Part shown: one piece after another, positions 9,748 through 17,062 of the stretch | Numbering within the stretch: the stretch's first letter is position 1 | Layout: every line of letters starts with the position of its first letter | Assembly: GCA_963833655.1 (NCBI GenBank) | Contig: CAWHYL010000003.1 | Coordinates: 160,100 to 224,099 of the forward strand | DNA from: an uncultured Actinomycetes bacterium | Lineage (GTDB): Bacteria; Actinomycetota; Thermoleophilia; Gaiellales; Gaiellaceae | DNA length: 64,000 nt | Direction of reading: 5' to 3' | The notes under the pieces: model-generated | The model's input: the letters and a program-made list of their open reading frames with translations, nothing else | Database searches by the model: none | Told to the model about the DNA's origin: nothing | Translations under genes and position numbers: made by a program

Positions 9748-10737
9748 ATGAAGCGTGTGCGTTTTGCACCGAGCCCGACCGGCTCGCTCCACGTCGGCAA
9801 CGCCCTCAGCGCAGTCGCGAACCGCGAGTTCGGCGACTGGATGCTGCTGCGGATCGACGACACCGACGCGACGCGCAACGTGCCGGGCGGGGAGGAGGAG
9901 ATCAGCCGCGACCTCCAGTGGCTCGGTATCGAATGGGACGAGGGGCCGGTGTGCCAGAGCGACCGCGCCGACCGGCATCGCGAGGCCGGCGGTCAGCTCG
10001 GCGACCGCTTTGACGGCATCACGCTGCTGCGACCCGACGGGAGCCCGACATACCAGCTGGCGACCGTCGTCGACGACATCGACTTCGGGATCACGCACAT
10101 CGTGCGCGGCTCCGACCACCGCCCGAACGAGGCGGTGCACCGCCGGCTGTTCGAGGCACTCGGGGCGGAGCCGCCGGAGTTCGTCCACCACGGGCTGATC
10201 CTCGGCGAGGACGGGAAGAAGCTCGCGAAGCGGGCGCCCGGCGCGACGGTTGCCTCCTTGCGCGCTGCCGGTATCCCGGGTGTCGCGGTGCGGCGCTATC
10301 TCGAGAAGCTCGGTGTGCCGCAGCACGACGTCCACTACGACCTGCCGCGGATCCGCAGGCTCGCGATCGAGGCGATCGAATCGATGAGCGACGAGGAGCT
10401 CGCGGCCGCCGCAGACGCGCCGCTGGCGGTCGTTCCGGCGCTGCGCGGCGCACGCGACCTGAACGAAGCACGCGAGTACGCGGGCGCGATTCTCGCGCCG
10501 CCGCCGCCCGCGCAGGTCGACGCACCCGAGACGCTCGAGCGCTTCCGCGAGCTGCTCGAGCGGAGCAACGGCAACGTCGACGCGCGCGTGCTCGTCCGCG
10601 AGCTGAAGGCCGTCGGCGGGAACCTCCGTGCGCTGCGGGTCGCGCTGACCGGACGCGAGCGGGGCCCGGAGCTCTGGACGGTGATCGCAGCGCTGCCGCG
10701 CGACGAGACGCTGCGCAGGATCGATGCGGCTCTTTGA
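9748..10737 (+). CDS. Glutamyl-tRNA synthetase family protein, strongly shortened (329 aa)
   Basis: Shows FAPSPTGSLHVGN (HIGH), WDEGP.CQS.R, DGSPTYQLATVVDD..GITHIVRG, KKLAKR (KMSKS-like) and a GluRS-type C-terminus LRVALTGRERGPEL. HIGH-to-KMSKS spacing is only about 145 aa. Confidence 0.8.
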   Translation: MKRVRFAPSPTGSLHVGNALSAVANREFGDWMLLRIDDTDATRNVPGGEEEISRDLQWLGIEWDEGPVCQSDRADRHREAGGQLGDRFDGITLLRPDGSPTYQLATVVDDIDFGITHIVRGSDHRPNEAVHRRLFEALGAEPPEFVHHGLILGEDGKKLAKRAPGATVASLRAAGIPGVAVRRYLEKLGVPQHDVHYDLPRIRRLAIEAIESMSDEELAAAADAPLAVVPALRGARDLNEAREYAGAILAPPPPAQVDAPETLERFRELLERSNGNVDARVLVRELKAVGGNLRALRVALTGRERGPELWTVIAALPRDETLRRIDAAL

Positions 10738-11986
10738 CACGCTGACGAAGACGAAGGTCGAGCTACCCGAGCCGCCGGCGCGGATCGGCATGTACACGTG
10801 CGGCCCGACCGTCTACCAGCGCGTCCACATCGGCAACGCGCGGCCGTACGTCATCTCGCTCTGGTTGAAGCGCTGGCTCGAGTCGCGCGGCTACGACGTG
10901 ACGCTGGTCGAGAACATCACGGACGTCAACGACCGCATCTACGAGGCGGCGCCGAACCACAGCGCCGAGCTCGCGGCGCAGGCTGCGCAGTGGTACGTCG
11001 ACGACACGAACGGGCTCGGGCTCGGGCGGCCGGACCACGAGCCGAAGGCGACGGAGACGGTCGCCGAGATCATCCGGCTGATCGAGGAGCTCATCCGCGA
11101 CGGCTACGCGTACGAGGCGGGCGGCGACGTCTACTTCCACGTCGCCAAGTTCGCGGACTACGGCCGCCTCTCCGGCCAGCGTGCGGACCACGTCGAGGAG
11201 CAGGAGCCGAACCCGCTCAAGGGGGACCCGCGCGACTTCTCGCTGTGGAAGGCGAACAAGGAGGGCGAAGACACGTGGTGGGACTCTCCCTGGGGGCGCG
11301 GCCGTCCCGGCTGGCACATCGAGTGCTCGGCGATGGCGGAGAAGTTCCTCGGCCCGGCGTTCGACATCCATCTCGGCGGGCTCGACCTCGTGTTCCCGCA
11401 TCACGAGAACGAGCGCGCGCAATCGCAGGCCGCCGGCCGCGACTTCGCGCGCATCTGGATGCACAACGGCCTCTTGCAGCTCGACCGCGAGAAGATGTCG
11501 AAGTCGGTCGGCAACATCGCGTCGCTCCAGCAGGTGCTCGAGCGGTGGGGAAGAGAGGCGGTACTGCTCTTCTTCATGACGGGCCACTGGTCGAAGCCGA
11601 TCGACTTCTCCGACGAGGTCATGGAGGCGGCGCAGGCGCGGGTCGAGCGCTTCCGCGAGATCTTTCGCGCCGACTCACAGCCCGTCGGCGACTGGGAGGA
11701 GCTCGTGCGGGCGCTCGAGGACGACTTCAACACACCGGAGGCGCTCGCCGTGCTGCACGGCTGGCGCGACCACGAGCTCCTGCGGCGCGCGCTCGAGATC
11801 TTCGGGCTCGCGTCGCTTGCCGAGTCGGCCGACGCGCCGCCCGAGATCGTCGAGCTGGCCGAACGGCGCCGCGAGGCGCGTGCGGCGCGCGATTTCGACG
11901 AGGCCGACCGGCTGCGCGCCGAGATCGAGGCGGCCGGCTGGGAAGCGCGCGACGTCGCCGACGGCTTCCAGCTCGTCCGGAAGTGA
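10724..11986 (+). CDS. cysS: Cysteine--tRNA ligase
   Basis: ORF 10724..11986 shows MYTCGPTVYQRVHIGNARP (HIGH), CSAM, HHENE and KMSKSVGN. Confidence 0.93.
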   Translation: MRLFDTLTKTKVELPEPPARIGMYTCGPTVYQRVHIGNARPYVISLWLKRWLESRGYDVTLVENITDVNDRIYEAAPNHSAELAAQAAQWYVDDTNGLGLGRPDHEPKATETVAEIIRLIEELIRDGYAYEAGGDVYFHVAKFADYGRLSGQRADHVEEQEPNPLKGDPRDFSLWKANKEGEDTWWDSPWGRGRPGWHIECSAMAEKFLGPAFDIHLGGLDLVFPHHENERAQSQAAGRDFARIWMHNGLLQLDREKMSKSVGNIASLQQVLERWGREAVLLFFMTGHWSKPIDFSDEVMEAAQARVERFREIFRADSQPVGDWEELVRALEDDFNTPEALAVLHGWRDHELLRRALEIFGLASLAESADAPPEIVELAERRREARAARDFDEADRLRAEIEAAGWEARDVADGFQLVRK

Positions 11987-12693
11987 CGCGGGAACAGGTC
12001 TACGGCCGCCGCCCGGTGCACGAGGCGCTTCGCGGCCGGCGAGAGGTCCTCGAGCTGTGGGCGACCGACCGCGCCCAGAAGACGGAGGCATGGCTCCGCG
12101 ACGCCGAGCGCCCGCGCGTGCAGACGAAGCTGGAGCGCGAGCTGAGCGATTCAGCCGGCACACGCGACCACCAGGGCGTGCTCGCCTGGTGCGAGCCGTA
12201 CAGGTACGCCGACGGCTGGGAGCTCGCCGCCGCGGAGCGGCCGCTGCTCGCGTGTCTCGACCAGGTGACCGACCCGCGCAACCTCGGCGCCGTCATCCGC
12301 AGCGCGGACGGCGCCGGCGCCACGGGCGTCGTCGTGCCCGCGCACGGCGCCGCGACCGTGACGCCCGCCGTCTGCCGCGCGTCTGCGGGCGCGGTCGAGC
12401 ATGTGTCGGTCGCCGTCGTCCCGAACCTTGCGCGCTATCTCGGCGACGTGAAGCGGGGGGACCTGTGGGTGTTCGGCGCGGTCGGCGACGGCGCCCAACC
12501 CCTGTGGCAGACGGATCTCAGCGGCGGCGTCGCGTTCGTGTTCGGCGCCGAGGGCAAAGGGCTGCGTCCGCTCGTCCGCAAGACCTGCGACGAGCTCGTC
12601 TCGATCCCGATGGCGGGCCACGTCGAGTCGCTCAACGTCAGCGTGGCTGCCGCGGTCCTGTTGTACGAGGCGAAGAGGCAGCGCGATGCCTGA
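11983..12693 (+). CDS. rlmB: 23S rRNA (guanosine-2'-O)-methyltransferase, SpoU/TrmH family (RlmB-like)
   Basis: In-frame GTG 11983 overlaps the cysS stop (GTGA). Shows DQVTDPRNLGAVIRSA, FGAEGKGLR and ESLNVSVAAAV SpoU motifs. Confidence 0.9.
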   Translation: MTREQVYGRRPVHEALRGRREVLELWATDRAQKTEAWLRDAERPRVQTKLERELSDSAGTRDHQGVLAWCEPYRYADGWELAAAERPLLACLDQVTDPRNLGAVIRSADGAGATGVVVPAHGAATVTPAVCRASAGAVEHVSVAVVPNLARYLGDVKRGDLWVFGAVGDGAQPLWQTDLSGGVAFVFGAEGKGLRPLVRKTCDELVSIPMAGHVESLNVSVAAAVLLYEAKRQRDA

Positions 12694-13117
12694 GCCGACG
12701 CTCTACCTCTTCGACGGCCACAACCTCTTTCACGCGGGCAACTACGAGGACCTGCGCCAGCTGCGCGACGAGCTCGCCAGCTTCGTCGCGCTCAAGGGCG
12801 CGCGCGGCGTGCTCGTCTTCGACGGCAGCGGTGCCGACGAGGCGTACGGGCCGCTCGAGGTCCGCTACGCACCGAACGCCGACTCGTTGCTCGAGCGGCT
12901 CGCGGCCGAGAACCGCGCGGCCGAGGAGGTGTGCCTCGTCTCCTCGGACCTCGCCGTTCGCGGCACGTCGGGACAAGAGGTGCAGAAACGGTCGTCGGCG
13001 ACGTTCCTGGGCGACATGGAAGCGGCGGTCCACAGGGAGGACCGTCCGCATCATCTCCGGGACACGCTCGACCCCGAGACGCGGGCGAAGCTCGAGCGGC
13101 TCCGCCGCGGCGGCTAG
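12686..13117 (+). CDS. YacP/Rae1-like NYN-domain RNA-binding/ribonuclease protein
   Basis: ORF 12686..13117 starts LYLFDGHNLFH, then LVFDG and VRYAP. It sits after rlmB, as yacP does in Bacillus. Confidence 0.8.
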   Translation: MPEPTLYLFDGHNLFHAGNYEDLRQLRDELASFVALKGARGVLVFDGSGADEAYGPLEVRYAPNADSLLERLAAENRAAEEVCLVSSDLAVRGTSGQEVQKRSSATFLGDMEAAVHREDRPHHLRDTLDPETRAKLERLRRGG

Positions 13118-13593
13118 TCGACCGAGCAGCTGTCCCGGTCGGCGGCGTCGTGCGGCAGCCGACCGAGCAGCGTGGCCAGCTGCTCGAGCTCCTCGTGGCT
13201 GTAGCGGGTCTCGAAGTACGTCCGCAGATCGGCGACATGGCTGTTCGAGGCCTCCTGCAGCTTCGAGTACCCCTCGTCGGTGAGCACCGCGTAGGTCACG
13301 CGCCGGTCGCTGGCGCAGTTGGCGCGATCGACCCATCCCTCCTGCTCGAGACCGTCGAGCAGGCGGGTCACCCCGGAGGCGGTGAGGATCAGCTGCTCCG
13401 CCAGGTCGACGCGGCGCATGCGCCGCTCTTCGGCCCGCGCGAGCAGGAGGAGGCACTCGTAGTCGTTGATCGTGAGCCCGTGGTCGGCCACGAGGCGGGC
13501 GTTGATCGCCCCGACGGCAGCCGAGTGGCCCCGGATCAGGTTGATCCACGCCTCGACGGCAGGTGCTTGCTCTCTCAATACTTGACTAGACAA
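13114..13593 (-). CDS. MarR-family transcriptional regulator (start at TTG 13593 or 13578)
   Basis: ORF 13114..13683. Winged-helix core is LTINDYECLLLLA...RRMRRVDLAEQLILTASGVTRLLDGLEQEGWV.R...DRR. The longest start would overlap the divergent yceI-like gene, so an internal TTG is preferred. Confidence 0.85.
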   Translation of the reverse strand: MSSQVLREQAPAVEAWINLIRGHSAAVGAINARLVADHGLTINDYECLLLLARAEERRMRRVDLAEQLILTASGVTRLLDGLEQEGWVDRANCASDRRVTYAVLTDEGYSKLQEASNSHVADLRTYFETRYSHEELEQLATLLGRLPHDAADRDSCSVD

Positions 13594-13627
13594 TGTTTCC
13601 TCGCTACCATTGCTTGTGTAGTCAACT
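13580..13627. promoter_or_regulatory. Imperfect 14-bp inverted repeat (candidate MarR operator) in the divergent promoter region
   Basis: ACTTGACTAGACAA (13580-13593) matches the reverse complement of TTGTGTAGTCAACT (13614-13627) at 12 of 14 positions. The stretch is locally AT-richer. Confidence 0.4.
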
Positions 13628-13652
13628 ATAGCGCACTCAAGGAGGAGTGGAA

Positions 13653-14189
13653 ATGGCAGTTTTGACAGAGGGCCGGACGGCACTGCCGACCGGAACCTGG
13701 GCGCTCGACCCGGTGCATTCGACGATCGGCTTCGAGCTCCCGTACCTGGCCGGCATCTTCCGCGGCCACTTCACGGACGTCGACGGTACGCTCACGCCGC
13801 ACGGCCTGACGGGGTCGGCGCGGGTGGCCAGCGTCGACGTCAAGGACGAGAACCTTGCCGCTCACCTGCAGTCGCCGGAGTTCTTCGACGTCGAGCGGTA
13901 TCCCGAGCTGACCTTCGCGTCGGACTCGGTCGAGCGGTCGGGTGATGAGCTGAAGGTTCAGGGCGAGATCACGATCCGCGGGATCACGAAGTCCGTCGAG
14001 CTGACGGGCACGATCGCCGATCCGATGACGGACGCGTTCGGCAACGAGCGCGTGAACGTCAGGCTCGAGACGATCGTCGACCGCACCGACTTCGGCCTGA
14101 ACTGGAACATGCCGCTGCCGACCGGCGAGCCGGCGCTGCAGAACGAGGTCAAGCTCGTCGCCGAGCTGTACTTCGTGCGGGGGGCGTAG
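13653..14189 (+). CDS. YceI-family (polyisoprenoid-binding-like) protein
   Basis: ATG 13653 lies 7 nt after the SD AAGGAGGA (ORF track starts at GTG 13647). Shows W.LDP.HS.IGF...HF and LTF.S...G.ITI.G motifs typical of YceI. Confidence 0.85.
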   Translation: MAVLTEGRTALPTGTWALDPVHSTIGFELPYLAGIFRGHFTDVDGTLTPHGLTGSARVASVDVKDENLAAHLQSPEFFDVERYPELTFASDSVERSGDELKVQGEITIRGITKSVELTGTIADPMTDAFGNERVNVRLETIVDRTDFGLNWNMPLPTGEPALQNEVKLVAELYFVRGA

Positions 14190-14194
14190 GGGCC

Positions 14195-14755
14195 GTGAAG
14201 GTTCTCGGGATCTCGGGCAGCCTCCGCCGGGACTCGTACAACACGAAGCTCCTCCGCGCCGCGGGGGAGCTTCTCCCTCCTTTCGCCGAGCTCGAGATCT
14301 GGGACGGGCTGAAGGCCGTGCCGCCGTTCGACGAGGACGACGAAGCCGCGCCGGCGCCCGCTCCCGTGGCGTCGTTGCGGGAGGCCGTGGCCTCGGCCGA
14401 CGTCGTGCTGTTCGCGACGCCGGAGTACAACGCCTCGGTTCCGGGCCAGCTCAAGAACGCCGTCGACTGGCTCTCGCGCCCCGTCGCGACCAGCGTCCTG
14501 CGCGGCAAGCCCGCGCTGGTCGTCGGCGCGAGCACCGGCGCGTTCGGCGCCGTGTGGGCGCAGGCGGAGCTGCGGAAGGTGCTCGCCACCGCGGGCGCCC
14601 GCGTCGTCGAGGCAGAGACGGCGGTCGGCCACGCTGCGGCCAAGTTCGACGCGGAAGGACGGCTGGTCGACGACGAGATCATCGAGCAGCTGGAAGAGGC
14701 GTTGGCCGTGCTGCTGGCGGACGAACCCGCTCGGCTCCTGGCGCTCGCGGTCTAG
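14195..14755 (+). CDS. NADPH-dependent FMN reductase family oxidoreductase
   Basis: ORF 14195..14755 shows KVLGISGSLRRDSYN, ADVVLFATPEYNASVPGQLKNAVDWLSRP. Confidence 0.85.
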   Translation: MKVLGISGSLRRDSYNTKLLRAAGELLPPFAELEIWDGLKAVPPFDEDDEAAPAPAPVASLREAVASADVVLFATPEYNASVPGQLKNAVDWLSRPVATSVLRGKPALVVGASTGAFGAVWAQAELRKVLATAGARVVEAETAVGHAAAKFDAEGRLVDDEIIEQLEEALAVLLADEPARLLALAV

Positions 14756-14799
14756 AAACGAACATACGTTCGTAACATCCTGGGTCCACTGCAAACCTC

Positions 14800-14828
14800 T
14801 TGTAAAGAGCGGCGGACCTTGCTATGGT
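14800..14828 (+). promoter_or_regulatory. Candidate sigma-70-type promoter for the sigH-like gene
   Basis: TTGTAA (14800-14805), a 17-nt spacer, then TATGGT (14823-14828), about 55 nt upstream of ATG 14884. Sequence pattern only. Confidence 0.3.
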
Positions 14829-14883
14829 CTCCCTCAACCTAAGGGTGAGGCTTACGTCTCGCCCCTGACCCCGGGGGACGCCG

Positions 14884-15543
14884 ATGGCCGCACGGCCCGC
14901 CGCAACAGCCGCGCAGAAGGCCCAACGAGAGCTCGAAGACCTGCAGTTGGTGCTGCGCGCGCGCAACGGCGACGGCGGTGCGCTCGACGTCTTGATCCGC
15001 CGCTACACCGGGTTCGTCCGGCTGAAGGCGAGCTCGTATTTCCTCGCCGGCGGCGACTCCGAGGACCTCGTCCAGGAGGGTCTGATCGGCCTCTACAAGG
15101 CGGTCCGCGACTTCCGGCCGGACAAGGAGACGTCGTTCCGGAGCTTCGCCGAGCTCTGCGTCACCCGCCAGATCATCACGGCGATCAAGACCGCGACGCG
15201 GTTCAAGCACGCTCCGCTGAACAGCTACGTCTCCTTCAGCCATACGCCGGCGGGCCAGGACTCCGACAGCGAGTGCACGCTCGGCGACGCGTTGCCGGGG
15301 CCGAGCGTCGACGATCCCTCCGTCTGCGTCATATCCACGGAGGAGCTCCAGAGCTTAGTCTTCACACTCGGAAGCGGTCTCTCCCAACTAGAAGCCGATG
15401 CTCTTCGTCTCTACTTGGAGGGGTCGTCCTACGAGCAGATGGCCGAGGAGCTGGGCTGCGACACGAAGACCATTGACAACGCGCTGCAGAGGGTCAAACG
15501 GAAGATCCTGACCCACCAAAAATCCAGGCAAGTCCTGTCGTAG
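14884..15543 (+). CDS. sigH: RNA polymerase sigma factor, SigH (Bacillus sigma-H) type
   Basis: Closely resembles B. subtilis SigH as recalled: VQEGLIGLYKAVRDF, SF.SFAELCVTRQIITAIKTATR.KH.PLNSY, IDNALQRVKRK. Conserved position after yacP. Confidence 0.85.
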   Translation: MAARPAATAAQKAQRELEDLQLVLRARNGDGGALDVLIRRYTGFVRLKASSYFLAGGDSEDLVQEGLIGLYKAVRDFRPDKETSFRSFAELCVTRQIITAIKTATRFKHAPLNSYVSFSHTPAGQDSDSECTLGDALPGPSVDDPSVCVISTEELQSLVFTLGSGLSQLEADALRLYLEGSSYEQMAEELGCDTKTIDNALQRVKRKILTHQKSRQVLS

Positions 15544-15652
15544 TAAGGAATACAGGGCCTCCGGAAAGCGTTTTAAATGGTGTCGGCGCCGCCCAGGCGC
15601 CCGTTCTTTGCAGATGAAGAAGGAGTGAACAGAACTGACCAAGCTTGCTGAA

Positions 15653-16690
15653 ATGGAACCCCGCGCCTTCATCGAGGAGGCGGAGGAGCTCGGAGAGCTC
15701 GAGGAGGAGATCCTCGAGGCCTACGCGCACGAGCACGAGCTGGAGGACGAGGAGATCGCCGCCCTCCGCGCCGAGCTCGAGGAGCGCGGCGTCGAGCTGA
15801 TCTCGGCACCCCACGCCGAGCCGGTCGTCCGTGCGACGGCTCCGGTGAGCGGCGCGACCGACAGCCTCACGCTCTTCATGAACGAGGCCGGCCGCTATCC
15901 GCTGCTCACCGCGGCGGAGGAGGTCGCGCTCGCGAAGCGCGTCGAGCGCGGCGACCTCGCGGCGAAGGAGCGGATGATCAACTCGAACCTGCGCCTCGTG
16001 GTCTCGATCGCCAAGCGCTACCAGGGCCACGGCCTGCAGCTCGGCGACCTGATCCAGGAGGGCGTGATCGGACTGAACCGCGCCGTCGAGAAGTTCGACT
16101 GGCGCAAGGGCTTCAAGTTCTCGACCTACGCCACCTGGTGGATTCGCCAGGCCTGCCAGCGTGCGGTCTCGAACCAGTCCGCGACGATCCGCGTTCCGAC
16201 GCACGTCCACGAGCGGCGCGTGAAGCTCAACCGTGCCCGCCAGCGGCTCCAGGCTGCGAGCGGCGACGAGCCGACGCAGGAGGAGCTCGCGAAGGCGACC
16301 GGTCTCGAGCTGCGCTACGTCGAGGAGGCGCTCGGTGCGGTCGAGGCGTCGGTCTCGCTCAACCAGGCGGTCGGCTCCGACGGCGAGGGCGAGCTCGGCG
16401 ATCTCTTCGCCGACCCGAACTCCGTCGACCCGGAGTCCGAGGCGGCCGAGGCGCTGCGTGCGCGCTCGGTGCGCGAGGCCGTCCGGAACCTGCCCGAGCG
16501 CGAGCGCCGCGTGCTGGAGCTCCGCTTCGGCTTCGACGGCGAGCCCACGTCGCTCGAGCAGATCGGCCGCGAGCTGAAGATCAGCCGCGAGCGTGTGCGG
16601 CAGGTCGAGCGCGACGCTCTCGCAGCGCTCGAGATGCAGTTGGCCGACGTCGTCGCCATCTCCGGCGACGATCTCGTCCACGCGGCTTAG
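15653..16690 (+). CDS. RNA polymerase sigma-70 family factor, group 1/2 (RpoD/SigA-like), 345 aa
   Basis: Acidic N-terminus, then [43 protein letters not shown] and a region 4 helix-turn-helix [18 protein letters not shown]. Confidence 0.9.
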   Translation: MEPRAFIEEAEELGELEEEILEAYAHEHELEDEEIAALRAELEERGVELISAPHAEPVVRATAPVSGATDSLTLFMNEAGRYPLLTAAEEVALAKRVERGDLAAKERMINSNLRLVVSIAKRYQGHGLQLGDLIQEGVIGLNRAVEKFDWRKGFKFSTYATWWIRQACQRAVSNQSATIRVPTHVHERRVKLNRARQRLQAASGDEPTQEELAKATGLELRYVEEALGAVEASVSLNQAVGSDGEGELGDLFADPNSVDPESEAAEALRARSVREAVRNLPERERRVLELRFGFDGEPTSLEQIGRELKISRERVRQVERDALAALEMQLADVVAISGDDLVHAA

Positions 16691-16707
16691 CCGCGCGGAC
16701 GGGGTAC

Positions 16708-16880
16708 CCGCTTCGCGGAGAAACGGGCGCGGGCTCAGCCCGCGCCCTTCTTTTCCGGGTGGCGATTCTCCTCTGCCGTGCGGCGTGCGCAGGCTGCGCG
16801 TGCGCGCGCCGCATCAGTTCGCCTGCGCGTAAGCCGCGCTTCGCGCTGGCTTACGCGCAGGCCTTGAGGGGTTTGAACCG
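16708..16880 (+). repeat. Structured intergenic repeat, copy A (three GC hairpins; family also at 19411-19557, 37785-37932 and 58071-58221)
   Basis: Shares CCGCTTCGCGG, GCGCGGGC-loop-GCCCGCGC, CCGTGCGGCG.GCGCAGGCTGCGCGTGCGCGCGCCGCATCAGTTCGCC, a variable stem and GGCCTTGA with the other copies. Confidence 0.8.
16725..16754 (+). terminator. Rho-independent terminator downstream of the sigma gene (also hairpin 1 of repeat copy A)
   Basis: Perfect 10-bp stem GGGCGCGGGC / GCCCGCGCCC with a 3-nt loop, followed by TTCTTTTCC. Confidence 0.6.
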
Positions 16881-16924
16881 AACGCGTCTTTTCAAGCGTT
16901 GACGGCGGTACTCTGGGCGTCAGC

Positions 16925-16997
16925 GCCGGAGTAGCTCAGCTGGTAGAGCAACGGTTTTGTAAACCGTGGGTCGTCGGTTCGAATCCGGCCTCCGGCT
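16925..16997 (+). tRNA. tRNA-Thr (anticodon TGT)
   Basis: Hand-folded cloverleaf. Acceptor GCCGGAG/CTCCGGC, D-arm GCTC-AGCTGGTA-GAGC, anticodon arm ACGGT-TTTGTAA-ACCGT, T-arm GTCGG-TTCGAAT-CCGGC. CCA is not encoded. Confidence 0.9.
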
Positions 16998-17007
16998 CCT
17001 GAGATGC

Positions 17008-17037
17008 GAAGCGCCCCGGCTCTCGCCGGGGCGCTTC
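17008..17037. terminator. 13-bp GC hairpin between the convergent tRNA-Thr and MMPL gene (possible bidirectional terminator; no clear U-tract)
   Basis: GAAGCGCCCCGGC-TCTC-GCCGGGGCGCTTC, located 11 nt after the tRNA and 26 nt after the MMPL stop. Confidence 0.45.
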
Positions 17038-17062
17038 TGTCTGAGCGAAGGAGTTGCGGGTG

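Noticed and set aside
15544-15652. Alternative start or leader peptide for the RpoD-like sigma gene, suggested by a strong AAGGAG about 25 nt upstream of ATG 15653.
   Set aside because: The in-frame codons between the SD and the ATG include a TGA. The GTG following the SD opens only a 9-codon out-of-frame ORF. The ATG at 15653 is the only usable start, so the gene simply lacks a well-spaced SD.
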